A DNA stretch of 61,587 nt, from assembly GCA_007116135.1 (NCBI GenBank), contig SKIZ01000124.1, positions 1-61,587 on the forward strand, given 5' to 3'. Origin of the DNA: Burkholderiaceae bacterium (GTDB taxonomy: Bacteria > Pseudomonadota > Gammaproteobacteria > Burkholderiales > Burkholderiaceae_B). A program made the position numbers and the translations under genes. The notes beneath the pieces were generated by a model. The model did not search any database, was not told the origin of the DNA, and saw only the letters and a program-made list of their open reading frames with translations. Of this stretch, positions 32,638-45,545 are shown in pieces (positions within the stretch are counted from its first letter, which is position 1; each line of letters begins with the position of its first letter).

Positions 32638-32712
32638 TGGCGCGCCCGACAGGAATCGAACCTGTATCGAGAGCTTCGGAAACTCTTATTCTATCCATTG
32701 AACTACGGGCGC
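32638..32712 (-). tRNA. tRNA-Arg (anticodon CCG)
   Basis: Reverse complement GCGCCCGTAGTTCAATGGATAGAATAAGAGTTTCCGAAGCTCTCGATACAGGTTCGATTCCTGTCGGGCGCGCCA forms a cloverleaf with TTCG T-loop and CCA; TATAAT lies just upstream. Confidence 0.97.
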
Positions 32713-32825
32713 GTGGCGTCATTATACGCCGAGCGAGCAATCGCCTAAGCGGCGCTGTCTGATACGAACCGGCACATTGTCGGTATAATCTCGGGAGTTT
32801 TTGCGTTCGCAACCTAGGGCCGCTT

Positions 32826-33746
32826 ATGAGCAATCCAAACGAAACCCAAGAAACCACGACAACATCAGGCCATGAAGAAGAACATGGCACATTGATTAAG
32901 ACCCCCAAGCAGTTGATGATCGTCGTGCTTTTGTCCTTCATTGTCCCGGTCGTGGCACTCATCCTGCTCGCAGGCTGGGTTAACTCGGGCATCCGACCCG
33001 CGGCCGGCTCAGACAGCTTAAGCGCAGAGGCGATCGCGTTGCGTATTGCTCCGGTCGCACGCATTGAGCTCGTTGATGCCAGCGCACCTGCTCAATTGCG
33101 CAGCGGCGAGATGGTCTACAACATGGCCTGTGCGGCCTGTCACGATGCCGGTGTTGCCGGTGCCTACAAGTTTGGCGATCAAGCCGCTTGGGCACCAGTC
33201 ATCGCCACGGGGCTAGACTCGATGGTGGCCAATGTCATCACCGGCAAAGGTGCCATGCCAGCGCGCGGCGGCAACCCGACGCTAGACGACCTTGAGATTG
33301 CGCGTGCTGTGGTTTACATGAGCAATGCCGCAGGCGCCAGTTTTGACGAGCCGATCGAGGGCGCTCAAGCCAGCGCCGAACCACTGGCTCAAACGGTAGC
33401 GACCGCAGCGGCGATGGCCGAAACACCCACGCCTGCCGCACAACCGGAACCAGCACCAGCTGCGCAAGCAGAGCCTGTGGCAGTTGCCGATAGCGGCGTG
33501 GATCTGGCGCTCGGTGAGCGGATCTATAACCAGGCTTGCTTTGCCTGCCACAGCATGGGCGTCGCCGGCGCTCCCAAGTTTGGTGACAAGGCCGCTTGGG
33601 CCACGGCCATGGCCGGCGGCATGGAGTCGATGATCGCCAACACCATCAAAGGCAAAGGCGCCATGCCAGCGCGTGGTGGTGTCGCAAGCGCCAGCGATGA
33701 GGATATCGCTGCTGCGGTGCATTACATGGTTAATGCCGTGCAGTAA
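32826..33746 (+). CDS. Membrane-anchored dihaem cytochrome c5-type protein
   Basis: N-terminal TM; two CxxCH motifs (CAACH, CFACH), each followed by GAMPARGG; Ala/Pro-rich linker. Confidence 0.92.
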   Translation: MSNPNETQETTTTSGHEEEHGTLIKTPKQLMIVVLLSFIVPVVALILLAGWVNSGIRPAAGSDSLSAEAIALRIAPVARIELVDASAPAQLRSGEMVYNMACAACHDAGVAGAYKFGDQAAWAPVIATGLDSMVANVITGKGAMPARGGNPTLDDLEIARAVVYMSNAAGASFDEPIEGAQASAEPLAQTVATAAAMAETPTPAAQPEPAPAAQAEPVAVADSGVDLALGERIYNQACFACHSMGVAGAPKFGDKAAWATAMAGGMESMIANTIKGKGAMPARGGVASASDEDIAAAVHYMVNAVQ

Positions 33747-33769
33747 CGGTCTGGCGCTTCACCGACATC

Positions 33770-33799
33770 AATCGCCGCCTTTGCGCGGCGATTTTTTTT
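33770..33799 (+). terminator. Rho-independent terminator
   Basis: Stem AATCGCCGC-ctttgc-GCGGCGATT followed by a T-tract. Confidence 0.8.
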
Positions 33800-33843
33800 G
33801 CCAAGCGCACGCGATTGAACACCCCGATCGCTACAATCAGGCA

Positions 33844-34707
33844 ATGAGCCAAAGACCTGACACTCACACGATTGACCCTTCTGAGTTCGCTGCCGTGTTT
33901 GGGCCGCGTGATGCCATGGGTCACAAGGGCACTTTTGGGTCGGCTGCCATTGTCGGGGGCGCCCCCGGCATGCGCGGCGCTGTGGTGCTAGCTGCCCGTA
34001 GCGCTCTGAAAGCCGGTTGCGGTCGTGTTTATGTGGCCGTGCCACAGCCAACAGAGCACACGAGCCTGGACCTTGGCCAGCCCGAGGTGATGTGGCGCGA
34101 CATCGATGGCTTAACTGGGTTGAGCGCACAAATAACGGCTTGGGCGGTGGGCTGTGGACTCGGTCAATCACCTGAGAGCCTACGATGCCTGAAGTCTGTG
34201 TTTCAACACCGCTGCAAACGCCCGCTGGTCATCGACGCCGATGCACTCAATGCGCTGGCGCGCAGGGATGTCAGCCCAACCTGGGGTGAAGGACCCGTCG
34301 TGTTAACGCCGCACCCGACCGAGGCTGCGCGCCTGCTGGCAACCGAGACAGCCCAGGTCCAAGCCGATCGACTTGGTGCAGCGCGAGAGCTCGCACGCCA
34401 ATTTGACGCTTGGGTGGTGCTCAAAGGCCCGCATTCAATCCTCTCTAGCCCAACAGGCCAGTGTCAAATCAACCCAACCGGCAATGTGGCACTAGCGACG
34501 GCTGGCACGGGCGACGTTTTAACCGGGGCGATCACCAGTTTATTGGCGCAGGGCTTTGCGACCGACGTGGCCATCGCTGCAGCGCTCTGGTTGCATGGGG
34601 CAGCCGCTGACCTTTGGGTCAAACAAATGGGCGGGCCAGTGGGCATGACCGCCGGCGAGTTAATCGATCTGATGCGCCAATTGCGCAACCAACCGCGTAG
34701 TCTCTAA
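33844..34707 (+). CDS. nnrD: NAD(P)H-hydrate dehydratase (YjeF C-terminal domain only)
   Basis: HKGTFG, G.GLG, VIDADAL, LTPHPTEAARL, VLKG, LATAGTGDVL. Confidence 0.9.
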   Translation: MSQRPDTHTIDPSEFAAVFGPRDAMGHKGTFGSAAIVGGAPGMRGAVVLAARSALKAGCGRVYVAVPQPTEHTSLDLGQPEVMWRDIDGLTGLSAQITAWAVGCGLGQSPESLRCLKSVFQHRCKRPLVIDADALNALARRDVSPTWGEGPVVLTPHPTEAARLLATETAQVQADRLGAARELARQFDAWVVLKGPHSILSSPTGQCQINPTGNVALATAGTGDVLTGAITSLLAQGFATDVAIAAALWLHGAAADLWVKQMGGPVGMTAGELIDLMRQLRNQPRSL

Positions 34708-36734
34708 CTTGGCCGTGTCAACATCGCCCGAAGCATGTCGAGTCGGCCCTTGGGCGTAAGCGACGCGTTCGGATCTGCCACACTCGGTTGCTCCTCAAGG
34801 CCCATCTCGGCGACAAACCTTGACACCTCGCAGGCATGATCCTGACCACCGCGCCGTCTGCGTGCGCACCAAGTCAGATGCAAACTGCGTCGAGCGCGCG
34901 TGATACCGACGTACATGAGCCGACGCTCCTCCTCGATGCGTTGCGCACTGCCAATTAGGACTTCGTCATCAGACTCACGACCCAAATGCGGCAACAACCC
35001 CTCTTCGATACCGATCAGATAAACATGGGCAAATTCCAAACCCTTGGCCGCGTGCAGCGTCGATAGCGTCACCGCATCCGGTGACTGATCGCCCTGTCGC
35101 TCCAACATGGTCACAAGCGCAATGTGTTGCACCAACTCGGTCAACCCCCAGTCAGAATCGGCCGCGCGTGTCTTTAACCAATCGAGCAAGTCCAACACGT
35201 TTTGCCAGCGCACACGCGCAGCACGATCATCGGCGCTGACGTCATACAAGTAATGTTCGTAATCAATGCCCGCCATCAACTCATCGAGCAGTCCCGCCAC
35301 GGGTTGTTGGCCAGCGGGCTTGCTGGCCCGACTGGCAAAGCGCTGTAAAAAACCGACAAAGCTCGCCAAAGCCTCTCGCTGCTTGGGTTGGATGACCGAC
35401 TGGGCGCCTTGTTCTTGGGCCGCGGCAAATAGACTCAAGTGGCGCTTGGCTGCGTATTCGCCCAGCGTTTGCAGGGTCGTTTGGCCAATGCCACGGCGCG
35501 GCGTGGTGGCAGCTCGGATAAAAGCGGGGTCATCGTACTCATTGGCCAGCAAGCGTAAGTAGGCCAACACATCACGCACTTCAGCCTTGTCAAAGAAGCT
35601 TTGACCACCCGACACGGTATATGGGATTCGCAAATCGCGAAGCGCCTGCTCCATCATGCGGGCTTGCTGATTGCTACGATACAGCACCGCAAAATCGCGC
35701 CACTGCGCGCGCTTTTCCGTTCGTGCCGCTGACAGGCGAATGGCCACGGCTTGCGCCTGCTCGAGCTCGCCCTCTAGGCGCGAGACGGTAATGGCCTCGC
35801 CGTTGCCAAGCTCAGACCAAAGCTGCTTTTCAAATAGCTTGGGATTGCGGGTGATCAGTGTATTGGCTGCCGTCAGAATCGTCTGGGTAGATCGGTAGTT
35901 TTGTTCAAGCTTGATCAATTTCAACTGCGGGTAATCTTGCTCAAGCAAAGCCAAGTTCTCCATGGTGGCGCCGCGCCACCCATAGATCGCCTGGTCATCG
36001 TCGCCAACAGCGGTAAACATGGCTCGCGCCCCGGTCAGCTGCCGCACCAGCTGGTACTGACATGCATTTGTGTCTTGGTACTCATCGATCAACAGATAAC
36101 GCACCCGGTTTTGCCAACGCTCACGAACCGAGGGCTCGTTGACCAACATCTGGCAGGGCAACACAATCAAGTCATCGAAGTCGACCGCCTGATAGGCACG
36201 CAAGCTCGCCTGATAGCTATGGTAGAGACGAACTGCATCTAACTCGCGCGCGGTCTTGGCCAGCCCAGCTGCCTGATCGGGATCAATCAGCGCATTTTTC
36301 CAAAGCGAAATTTGCTGCATAACCGCTTTCAAACGTGCCTTGTCGGTGGTGGCCACCAGTGACTGAACCAAAGCAAAACAGTCTTGGGCATCCATCACCG
36401 AGAAGCGCGCCTTCAACCCAACCGCTTGCGCATTCTCGCGCAGCATCCGCACACCAAGCGAATGAAATGTGCTGATGTTGAGCTCCTCAGCCTTCTGCGC
36501 ACCCAAAAGCTTTTGCAACCTTTCACGCATTTCAAGTGCCGCTTTGTTGGTAAACGTCACGGCAAATACACTGCCCGGCTGGTAGGCACACTGATTAACC
36601 AAATAGGCAATTTTGCTGATGATCACGCGCGTCTTACCCGAGCCCGCGCCAGCGAGCACCAGACTTGGCCCATCGAGATAGCGAACAGCCTGCTGTTGGG
36701 CAGGATTCATGTCAAGAAATTGGCTAGTGGTCAT
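34704..36734 (-). CDS. rep: UvrD/Rep-family ATP-dependent DNA helicase
   Basis: LAGAGSGKT, TFTNKAA, DEYQDTN, VGDDDQAIY, LEQNYRS, TLHAAKGLEF, EERRLMYVGITRA. Confidence 0.9.
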   Translation of the reverse strand: MTTSQFLDMNPAQQQAVRYLDGPSLVLAGAGSGKTRVIISKIAYLVNQCAYQPGSVFAVTFTNKAALEMRERLQKLLGAQKAEELNISTFHSLGVRMLRENAQAVGLKARFSVMDAQDCFALVQSLVATTDKARLKAVMQQISLWKNALIDPDQAAGLAKTARELDAVRLYHSYQASLRAYQAVDFDDLIVLPCQMLVNEPSVRERWQNRVRYLLIDEYQDTNACQYQLVRQLTGARAMFTAVGDDDQAIYGWRGATMENLALLEQDYPQLKLIKLEQNYRSTQTILTAANTLITRNPKLFEKQLWSELGNGEAITVSRLEGELEQAQAVAIRLSAARTEKRAQWRDFAVLYRSNQQARMMEQALRDLRIPYTVSGGQSFFDKAEVRDVLAYLRLLANEYDDPAFIRAATTPRRGIGQTTLQTLGEYAAKRHLSLFAAAQEQGAQSVIQPKQREALASFVGFLQRFASRASKPAGQQPVAGLLDELMAGIDYEHYLYDVSADDRAARVRWQNVLDLLDWLKTRAADSDWGLTELVQHIALVTMLERQGDQSPDAVTLSTLHAAKGLEFAHVYLIGIEEGLLPHLGRESDDEVLIGSAQRIEEERRLMYVGITRARRSLHLTWCARRRRGGQDHACEVSRFVAEMGLEEQPSVADPNASLTPKGRLDMLRAMLTRPS

Positions 36735-36740
36735 TTGTCG

Positions 36741-38807
36741 TTAAATCTCAAGCGGGTCTACTTCGAGCTGCCAACTCAGGTTACGCGTGGCATGCCGATG
36801 GCCAACGCTTGGCAACCACAGCTGCAGCAACCGATGCAAGGCCGCGCGTACTGGCGCTTCCATGAGCAATTGCGCCCGACACACCTTGGCCACGCGAACC
36901 ACCCGCAAAGGCACCGGATCATAAAGCATGACAGCATCGGCTAGCCCATTGGCTTGCAACCAGCTCTGAGCAGATGCACGCACGGTCTGCAAGAACGCCA
37001 AAACGTCCTTGAGCTCGGGCCCCTGCGCGGTCATCAATGCCTGAAAGCTATGCGGTGGCAGTCCTGCCTCGGCTCGCTCTTGCATAAGCGACTGGGCAAA
37101 GCCCTCATAATCATGATTCTTTAACGCTTGGTAGAGCGGTTGCTCTGGGTAACCACTCTGAATCATCACCAAGCCTGACTGACCGTCACGACCGGCTCGA
37201 CCAGCGACTTGCATAAGCTGAGCAAACAATCGTTCAGGCGCCCGAAAATCCTGAGAAAACAGCATTGAATCGGCATTGAGCACACCAACCAAACCCAGGT
37301 TGGTGAAATCGTGGCCTTTGGAAACCATCTGTGTGCCCACCAAGATATCGGCGCGGCCATCATGTACCTGGTCAAACAGAGCCTGGGCACTACCTTTGCG
37401 TCGGGTGCTGTCGGCATCGATACGCACGATGGTGGCTTGCTCAAACAATTCAGCCAGATGTTGCTCAAGTCGCTGTGTGCCGTGACCCATGGGTTTGAGG
37501 TCTGGATCACCACAATCGGGACAAGCCTCGGGCGCGCGCCGTTGAGCGCCACAGTGATGGCAGTGCAATCGCATGTAGTGACCCGAGACGCGATGCACCA
37601 CGCTGTAGGCCGTGCAGTGGTCGCACTGACTGACCCAGCCGCAACTGTCGCAGTGAAGCACTGGGGCGTAACCGCGCCGGTTTAAATAGATCAGCACCTG
37701 TCGCGATTGAGCCAAAGCCTGACCAATGGCCTCGATCAGTTGCGGTGCCAACCCCTTGTTTAACTGCAAGCGGCGCGTGTCAATCATTTCAATGGTGGGC
37801 AACACCGCCTCGGTGGCACGCTGGTCCAAACGCAACAACTGGTAATCACCGCGCTGGGCGTGACGCCACGTCTCAAGCGACGGTGTGGCCGAACCCAGAA
37901 CCACCACAGCGCCCTCTTGCCTTGCGCGCCACAGCGCGAGGTCACGCGCGGAATAACGCAAACCCTCTTGCTGCTTATAGGAAGGATCATGCTCTTCATC
38001 GACCACGATCAAATCAAGGTCAGGCATCGGCGTAAATAATGCTGATCGGGTACCAAGCACCACGCGAGCTCGCCCCTCATAAGCCTCCAACCAAGCGGCT
38101 AGCCGCTGGCCGTCGGCTAAGCGACTGTGCAACAGGGCAACTTGGTCTGGCTGTACAACGGCAGCTAGTCGTTGCGCCAGTGCCTTGGCAAACTGGGGGG
38201 TGAGGTTGATTTCGGGCACGAGAAACAGCACACGCCCACCACGCGCAAGCACGGCGTGTGCAGCTGCCAAGTACACCTGAGTTTTACCGCTGCCGGTGAC
38301 GCCAAACAACAAAAATGCTTTAAAGCCATCGGCTGCGGTCACTTGATCCACCGCAGCCTGTTGTTGCGCATTCAGTGGCAACGCTGGCACTGGCAGGACC
38401 GATTGTGGCGCGGGTTTGGGCACCTGCTTGGCCTGGCGGCTGCGGTGTCGGGCCAGAGGACCTTCTAGCCCAGCACGCTTGCCCTCGTAGCTCGAGACAC
38501 GTCGCAGTTGTACCGGCAAGGCCGGCAACATGACCTCGCCGACAGGCCGCTGATAGTATTTGGCAGCAAATTCAGTCAGAGCCAACCATTTTTCTGGCAG
38601 GCTCGCCAAGTCGCGCAGCACCTGCTCGACCGCTCGGACCTGCTCAAGTGGCATCTGCGGGACAACGTCAACCTGCAAAACCACCCCGATCAGGCGTCGG
38701 CGTCCAAAGGGCACGATCACCCGATCTCCAAGCGCCAACGGCTCATGCACAGCGTAGTCAAACGGCCCGGCAAGCGGCACATCTAACGCAACTCGACAGT
38801 AGGTCAT
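36741..38807 (-). CDS. priA: Primosomal protein N'
   Basis: GVTGSGKT, DEEHD, GSATPS, LNRRGYAP, four CxxC pairs, GTQMVSKGHDF, QVAGRAGR. Start at 38807 or 38849. Confidence 0.96.
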   Translation of the reverse strand: MTYCRVALDVPLAGPFDYAVHEPLALGDRVIVPFGRRRLIGVVLQVDVVPQMPLEQVRAVEQVLRDLASLPEKWLALTEFAAKYYQRPVGEVMLPALPVQLRRVSSYEGKRAGLEGPLARHRSRQAKQVPKPAPQSVLPVPALPLNAQQQAAVDQVTAADGFKAFLLFGVTGSGKTQVYLAAAHAVLARGGRVLFLVPEINLTPQFAKALAQRLAAVVQPDQVALLHSRLADGQRLAAWLEAYEGRARVVLGTRSALFTPMPDLDLIVVDEEHDPSYKQQEGLRYSARDLALWRARQEGAVVVLGSATPSLETWRHAQRGDYQLLRLDQRATEAVLPTIEMIDTRRLQLNKGLAPQLIEAIGQALAQSRQVLIYLNRRGYAPVLHCDSCGWVSQCDHCTAYSVVHRVSGHYMRLHCHHCGAQRRAPEACPDCGDPDLKPMGHGTQRLEQHLAELFEQATIVRIDADSTRRKGSAQALFDQVHDGRADILVGTQMVSKGHDFTNLGLVGVLNADSMLFSQDFRAPERLFAQLMQVAGRAGRDGQSGLVMIQSGYPEQPLYQALKNHDYEGFAQSLMQERAEAGLPPHSFQALMTAQGPELKDVLAFLQTVRASAQSWLQANGLADAVMLYDPVPLRVVRVAKVCRAQLLMEAPVRAALHRLLQLWLPSVGHRHATRNLSWQLEVDPLEI

Positions 38808-38934
38808 TTGACCAGTACTGCACGACGCTGCTGATCCAGAACTAGCCATTAGTTAAAGTTGATTCTTGGTTAGGGTCATAACACTCTGACGGTTCGCTGT
38901 AAATTTGAGGGCGGTCAAGGCGCATCAGCCGGGT

Positions 38935-39121
38935 TGTGGATAACTTTGGGGAAAACCTGCGCGATTCGCAAATTTTTCCAGCTGTCAAGTCGGCATCGAA
39001 CCTGCACCTAAGACCGGTTTCTCAATAAAATTCTTTTTAAATTAATGGTTTATAGTTATTTATCGCAATCGATTGTTTTCAAGCAAGGGTTTACCCGATC
39101 GTTAATTGTTGCTGTGCATAA
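38935..39121. promoter_or_regulatory. DnaA-box cluster with AT-rich segment and IHF-like site
   Basis: TGTGGATAA 38935-38943 (perfect), TGGGGAAAA 38947-38955, TGTGCATAA 39113-39121; AT-rich stretch ~39022-39063 containing AATTAAtggtTTA. Confidence 0.55.
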
Positions 39122-39151
39122 CCAACACAATTTAAGCCTCAAAATGTCGCA

Positions 39152-40234
39152 TCAGGCACCATCTGTGTGATAGCGCACGCTGTATTGATGGACCTCGTCA
39201 ACGAGCGCTGCGACGCGCTCAGGTGGCGTGAACTGCGAAATCCCGTGCCCCAGATTAAACACATGGCCACCGCCACCGACCGGGCCAAAGTCATCAATCA
39301 GGCGACGGGCCTCGGCTCGCACCGCTGCCTCGTTGGCAAACAAGGCCATTGGATCTAGGTTGCCTTGTAATGCCACGCGGTCAGCGGTGCGCTTGCGCGC
39401 CTGACCCAAACCCATGGTCCAGTCCAGGCCAACCGCATCACAGCCGCTGGCTGCGATTTGCTCAAGCCAAAGCCCGCCGCCTTTGGTAAATGCGATCACT
39501 GGGATCGAAACGTCATCGACCTGGCGTATCAACCCATCGATGACTTGGCGCATATACGCTAAGGAAAACGTCTGATACAGCCCGTCTGGCAATACACCGC
39601 CCCAACTGTCAAATAACATAACGGCTTGGGCGCCTGCCTGGATTTGCGCATTCAAATAGGCGGTGGTGGCCTGGGCGTTAATGGCCAGAATGTGGTGCAG
39701 CAGGTCCGGCCGATCAAACATCATGGTTTTGATCAGTCGGTATTCACGAGTGCTTTGGCCCTCGATCATGTAGCAACCAATCGTAAATGGACTACCAGCA
39801 AAGCCTATAAGCGGCACGCGACCGTCAAGCTCACGTCTGATCATGGTTACAGCATCAAAAACATACTGTAGATCGGCCATATCTGGCACAGCCAGGGCTT
39901 TGACCGCCGCCTCGGTCTGAATGGGGCGCTCAAACTGCGGCCCCTCGCCGGCGACAAATTCGAGTCCAAGACCCATGGCGTGCGGCACAGTCAGGATGTC
40001 AGAGAACAGAATCGCCGCATCTAACGGGAAACGCTCCAATGGCTGAAGTGTCACCTCAGTGGCATAGGATGGGTTTTGCGCCAAGCCCATGAACGAACCC
40101 GCTCTAGCACGGGTGGCGCGGTATTCATCGAGGTACCTGCCCGCTTGACGCATGAGCCAAATAGGGGTGTAAGGCACGGGCTGGCGCTGCAAAGCCCTCA
40201 GAAAAACATCGTTTTTTAATGCCGCAAAACTCAC
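39152..40234 (-). CDS. hemE: Uroporphyrinogen decarboxylase
   Basis: [50 protein letters not shown]. Confidence 0.97.
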   Translation of the reverse strand: MSFAALKNDVFLRALQRQPVPYTPIWLMRQAGRYLDEYRATRARAGSFMGLAQNPSYATEVTLQPLERFPLDAAILFSDILTVPHAMGLGLEFVAGEGPQFERPIQTEAAVKALAVPDMADLQYVFDAVTMIRRELDGRVPLIGFAGSPFTIGCYMIEGQSTREYRLIKTMMFDRPDLLHHILAINAQATTAYLNAQIQAGAQAVMLFDSWGGVLPDGLYQTFSLAYMRQVIDGLIRQVDDVSIPVIAFTKGGGLWLEQIAASGCDAVGLDWTMGLGQARKRTADRVALQGNLDPMALFANEAAVRAEARRLIDDFGPVGGGGHVFNLGHGISQFTPPERVAALVDEVHQYSVRYHTDGA

Positions 40235-40273
40235 AGTGATTTCCCGTCGTTAATTCAATTGTCTGGATTGTAA

Positions 40274-41041
40274 CTAGCCTTGATCTGATGGCGCGTTGGC
40301 TTCAATACCATGGCGGCGCATGAGTTCCCAGAAAGAGCGTCGATCCTTGCGTGATCGCCGTGCAGCCTCAGAAATATTGCCTTGGGCTTGTCGCAAGGCC
40401 TTGCACAGATATTGCCGCTCGAATAGATCAATCATTCTTTGCTTGTTTTCTTGAAATCCCAGCTCCGGCCATGCCAGCTCAGAGAGTCTGAACATGTAAT
40501 TCTGACTCGGTTGCGCCTGGCTGGGTCTTGGTTTGCCTGGGCAACGAGGGTCAGGGTCATCCAGACCATAACTGGTCGTATTTTCACGCAGCGAAATCGG
40601 CCTTGGCGCATTGGCCGCAACGTGGATCAATCGAGCCCTAAACTCCTGGGGGCAAACGGGTGTTCTAACAAAATCATGCATGCCAAGCTCAAGTAAGTCC
40701 AGGATTGCCTCCGAACGCAGCCGATCAAGCACCCCTATCATCTGCACACCGGGGCGCCTTGGCAGCGCCGCCAAACACTGGCGCGTCCAGGCCAAGGTCT
40801 CGAGGGTGACAGTTAACACCACCGCATCATATCGACGCAACCCAACCGCCGAGTAAGCCAGCCCCGGCGTTGAGACCGACGCCTCGCCGCGGGCCACACC
40901 CCACGGGCCTGCGCAAGCGAGATCCGCCAGTCGGTGCACCTTGATCCGGTTAAAGGCGGGTTCTAACTGAGCAAGAAGCGGCTTAACCCAGGGTTGGTGA
41001 GCATCCTGACATAACCAACCCACATCAATTTGCTGTCGCAT
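40274..41041 (-). CDS. Regulator with degenerate receiver-like N-terminus and Fis-type HTH
   Basis: LELGMHDFVRTP...EFRARL (receiver C-terminal half); FERQYL..AL..AQGNISEAAR...DRRSFWELMRRHGI (Fis HTH); no AAA+ domain. Confidence 0.72.
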   Translation of the reverse strand: MRQQIDVGWLCQDAHQPWVKPLLAQLEPAFNRIKVHRLADLACAGPWGVARGEASVSTPGLAYSAVGLRRYDAVVLTVTLETLAWTRQCLAALPRRPGVQMIGVLDRLRSEAILDLLELGMHDFVRTPVCPQEFRARLIHVAANAPRPISLRENTTSYGLDDPDPRCPGKPRPSQAQPSQNYMFRLSELAWPELGFQENKQRMIDLFERQYLCKALRQAQGNISEAARRSRKDRRSFWELMRRHGIEANAPSDQG

Positions 41042-41120
41042 GCGTTTCTCCAAAAACAAAGCCCTACAGCCTATCGGCAGCAGGGCTTTTGCTCTATTCG
41101 CAATTAACGCAATGCGGTCG

Positions 41121-41549
41121 TTACTGCACGCCTCGCTTGATGCCACGCAGCCTGCGTGCTGCCTGGGCTTGCGCGGCCAACATCTCGAGCTCTGCTTGCA
41201 CTACAGCAAGATCTGTCTTGTCTTTGGCGTTACGCAGCGACTCCTCGGCCCTGCGACGTGCCTCTTCGGCTTTACCCTCATCAAGGTCAGCCGCACGAAT
41301 GGCGGTGTCAGAAAGCACGGTGACGTGATTGGGTTGAATCTCGAGCAGTCCACCAGCGACAAAGATCATTTCCTCAGAGTCATCAGCCAACACGATTTTC
41401 ACGGTACCCGGGCGAATCCGGGTAATGAGCGGCGTGTGGCCTGGCAACACGCCGAGCTCACCTGACTCACCGGGCAAGGCCACGAATTTTGCCTCACCTT
41501 CAAACAGTGAGCGCTCGGCGCTGACCACATCAACTTTGATCAAGCTCAT
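41121..41549 (-). CDS. atpC: F0F1 ATP synthase epsilon
   Basis: [38 protein letters not shown]. Confidence 0.97.
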   Translation of the reverse strand: MSLIKVDVVSAERSLFEGEAKFVALPGESGELGVLPGHTPLITRIRPGTVKIVLADDSEEMIFVAGGLLEIQPNHVTVLSDTAIRAADLDEGKAEEARRRAEESLRNAKDKTDLAVVQAELEMLAAQAQAARRLRGIKRGVQ

Positions 41550-41558
41550 CTAACTTCC

Positions 41559-42968
<1,410 letters not shown>

Positions 42969-43019
42969 TTACTCGATCTCTCTTAGCGTTATTCGTTTGG
43001 GCAGGCTGTTGGGCATTGA

Positions 43020-43937
43020 TTACACCGCAGCAGCGCCCCCCACAATTTCAGAAATTTCTTTCGTAATGGCCGCCTGACGGGTCTTGTTGTAGACCAGTTG
43101 CAGATCTTCGATGACCTTTTTGGCGTTATCAGATGCCGCCTTCATTGCCACCATCCGCGCTGACTGTTCTGAGGCCATGCTTTCGGAGACTGACTGATAC
43201 ACAATCCCTTCTACATAGCGCAAAAGCAATTCATCGATCACGGTCTTGTTGTCGGGCTCATAAATGTAGTCCCAGCCGTAGTGCGATTGACTCTCGCCGG
43301 GCGCCTCCAACCCTTGCGGACGCTGTTCATACACGGTATTTGGATCGGCTAGCTTGCCAGGCAGGGGCAACAACCGGAAAAACACCGGCTCTTGGCGCAT
43401 GGTATTGATGAACCGGTTGGTCGCCACATACACCGCGTCTATCTTGCCCTGAACGAAATCGTCGAGTTGCACTTTGATTGCACCAATGAGACGCTCAAGT
43501 TCGGGGGTGTCACCCAAGCCGACCTCTTGCGAGACGACATCAGCGCCGACACGCGTCAACACACCAAGCCCTTTGTTGCCGAATGCGGTGAACTGGGTTC
43601 TTATGCCCTTGGCTTTGAACTCAGTGTAGCGGTTCAAGACGATACGCATGATGTTCGTGTTCAAGCCACCACAAAGGCCCTTATCGGTCGTCACCACCAC
43701 AACACCGGCGGCCTTGATCTCGTCGCACTCAACCAAATAAGGATGTTCGTACTCAGGGTGCGCCTGCATCAGGTGCGCAGCCATGTTGCGAACCTTCACC
43801 GCATAAGGCCGGCCCGCACGCATGCGATCCTGAGCCTTACGCATCTTGGAGGCTGCCACCATCTCCATGGCTTTGGTGATCTTTCGCGTGTTTTGTACGC
43901 TCTTGATCTTGGTTCGAATTTCCTTGATTCCTGCCAT
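43020..43937 (-). CDS. atpG: F0F1 ATP synthase gamma
   Basis: [49 protein letters not shown]. Confidence 0.98.
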   Translation of the reverse strand: MAGIKEIRTKIKSVQNTRKITKAMEMVAASKMRKAQDRMRAGRPYAVKVRNMAAHLMQAHPEYEHPYLVECDEIKAAGVVVVTTDKGLCGGLNTNIMRIVLNRYTEFKAKGIRTQFTAFGNKGLGVLTRVGADVVSQEVGLGDTPELERLIGAIKVQLDDFVQGKIDAVYVATNRFINTMRQEPVFFRLLPLPGKLADPNTVYEQRPQGLEAPGESQSHYGWDYIYEPDNKTVIDELLLRYVEGIVYQSVSESMASEQSARMVAMKAASDNAKKVIEDLQLVYNKTRQAAITKEISEIVGGAAAV

Positions 43938-43977
43938 TGCAGTTCCCGGGTTCTGTTATTTCAAGCGAAGCGTGTCG

Positions 43978-45519
<1,542 letters not shown>

Positions 45520-45545
45520 GATCAGACTCCTGAAATCTTCTTCGT

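Noticed and set aside
32603-32640. Island integrated at tRNA-Arg
   Set aside because: gshA lies directly at the tRNA 3' side; no integrase or att repeat seen.
32502-33064. ORFs spanning the tRNA-Arg region
   Set aside because: Explained by the tRNA and the cytochrome gene.
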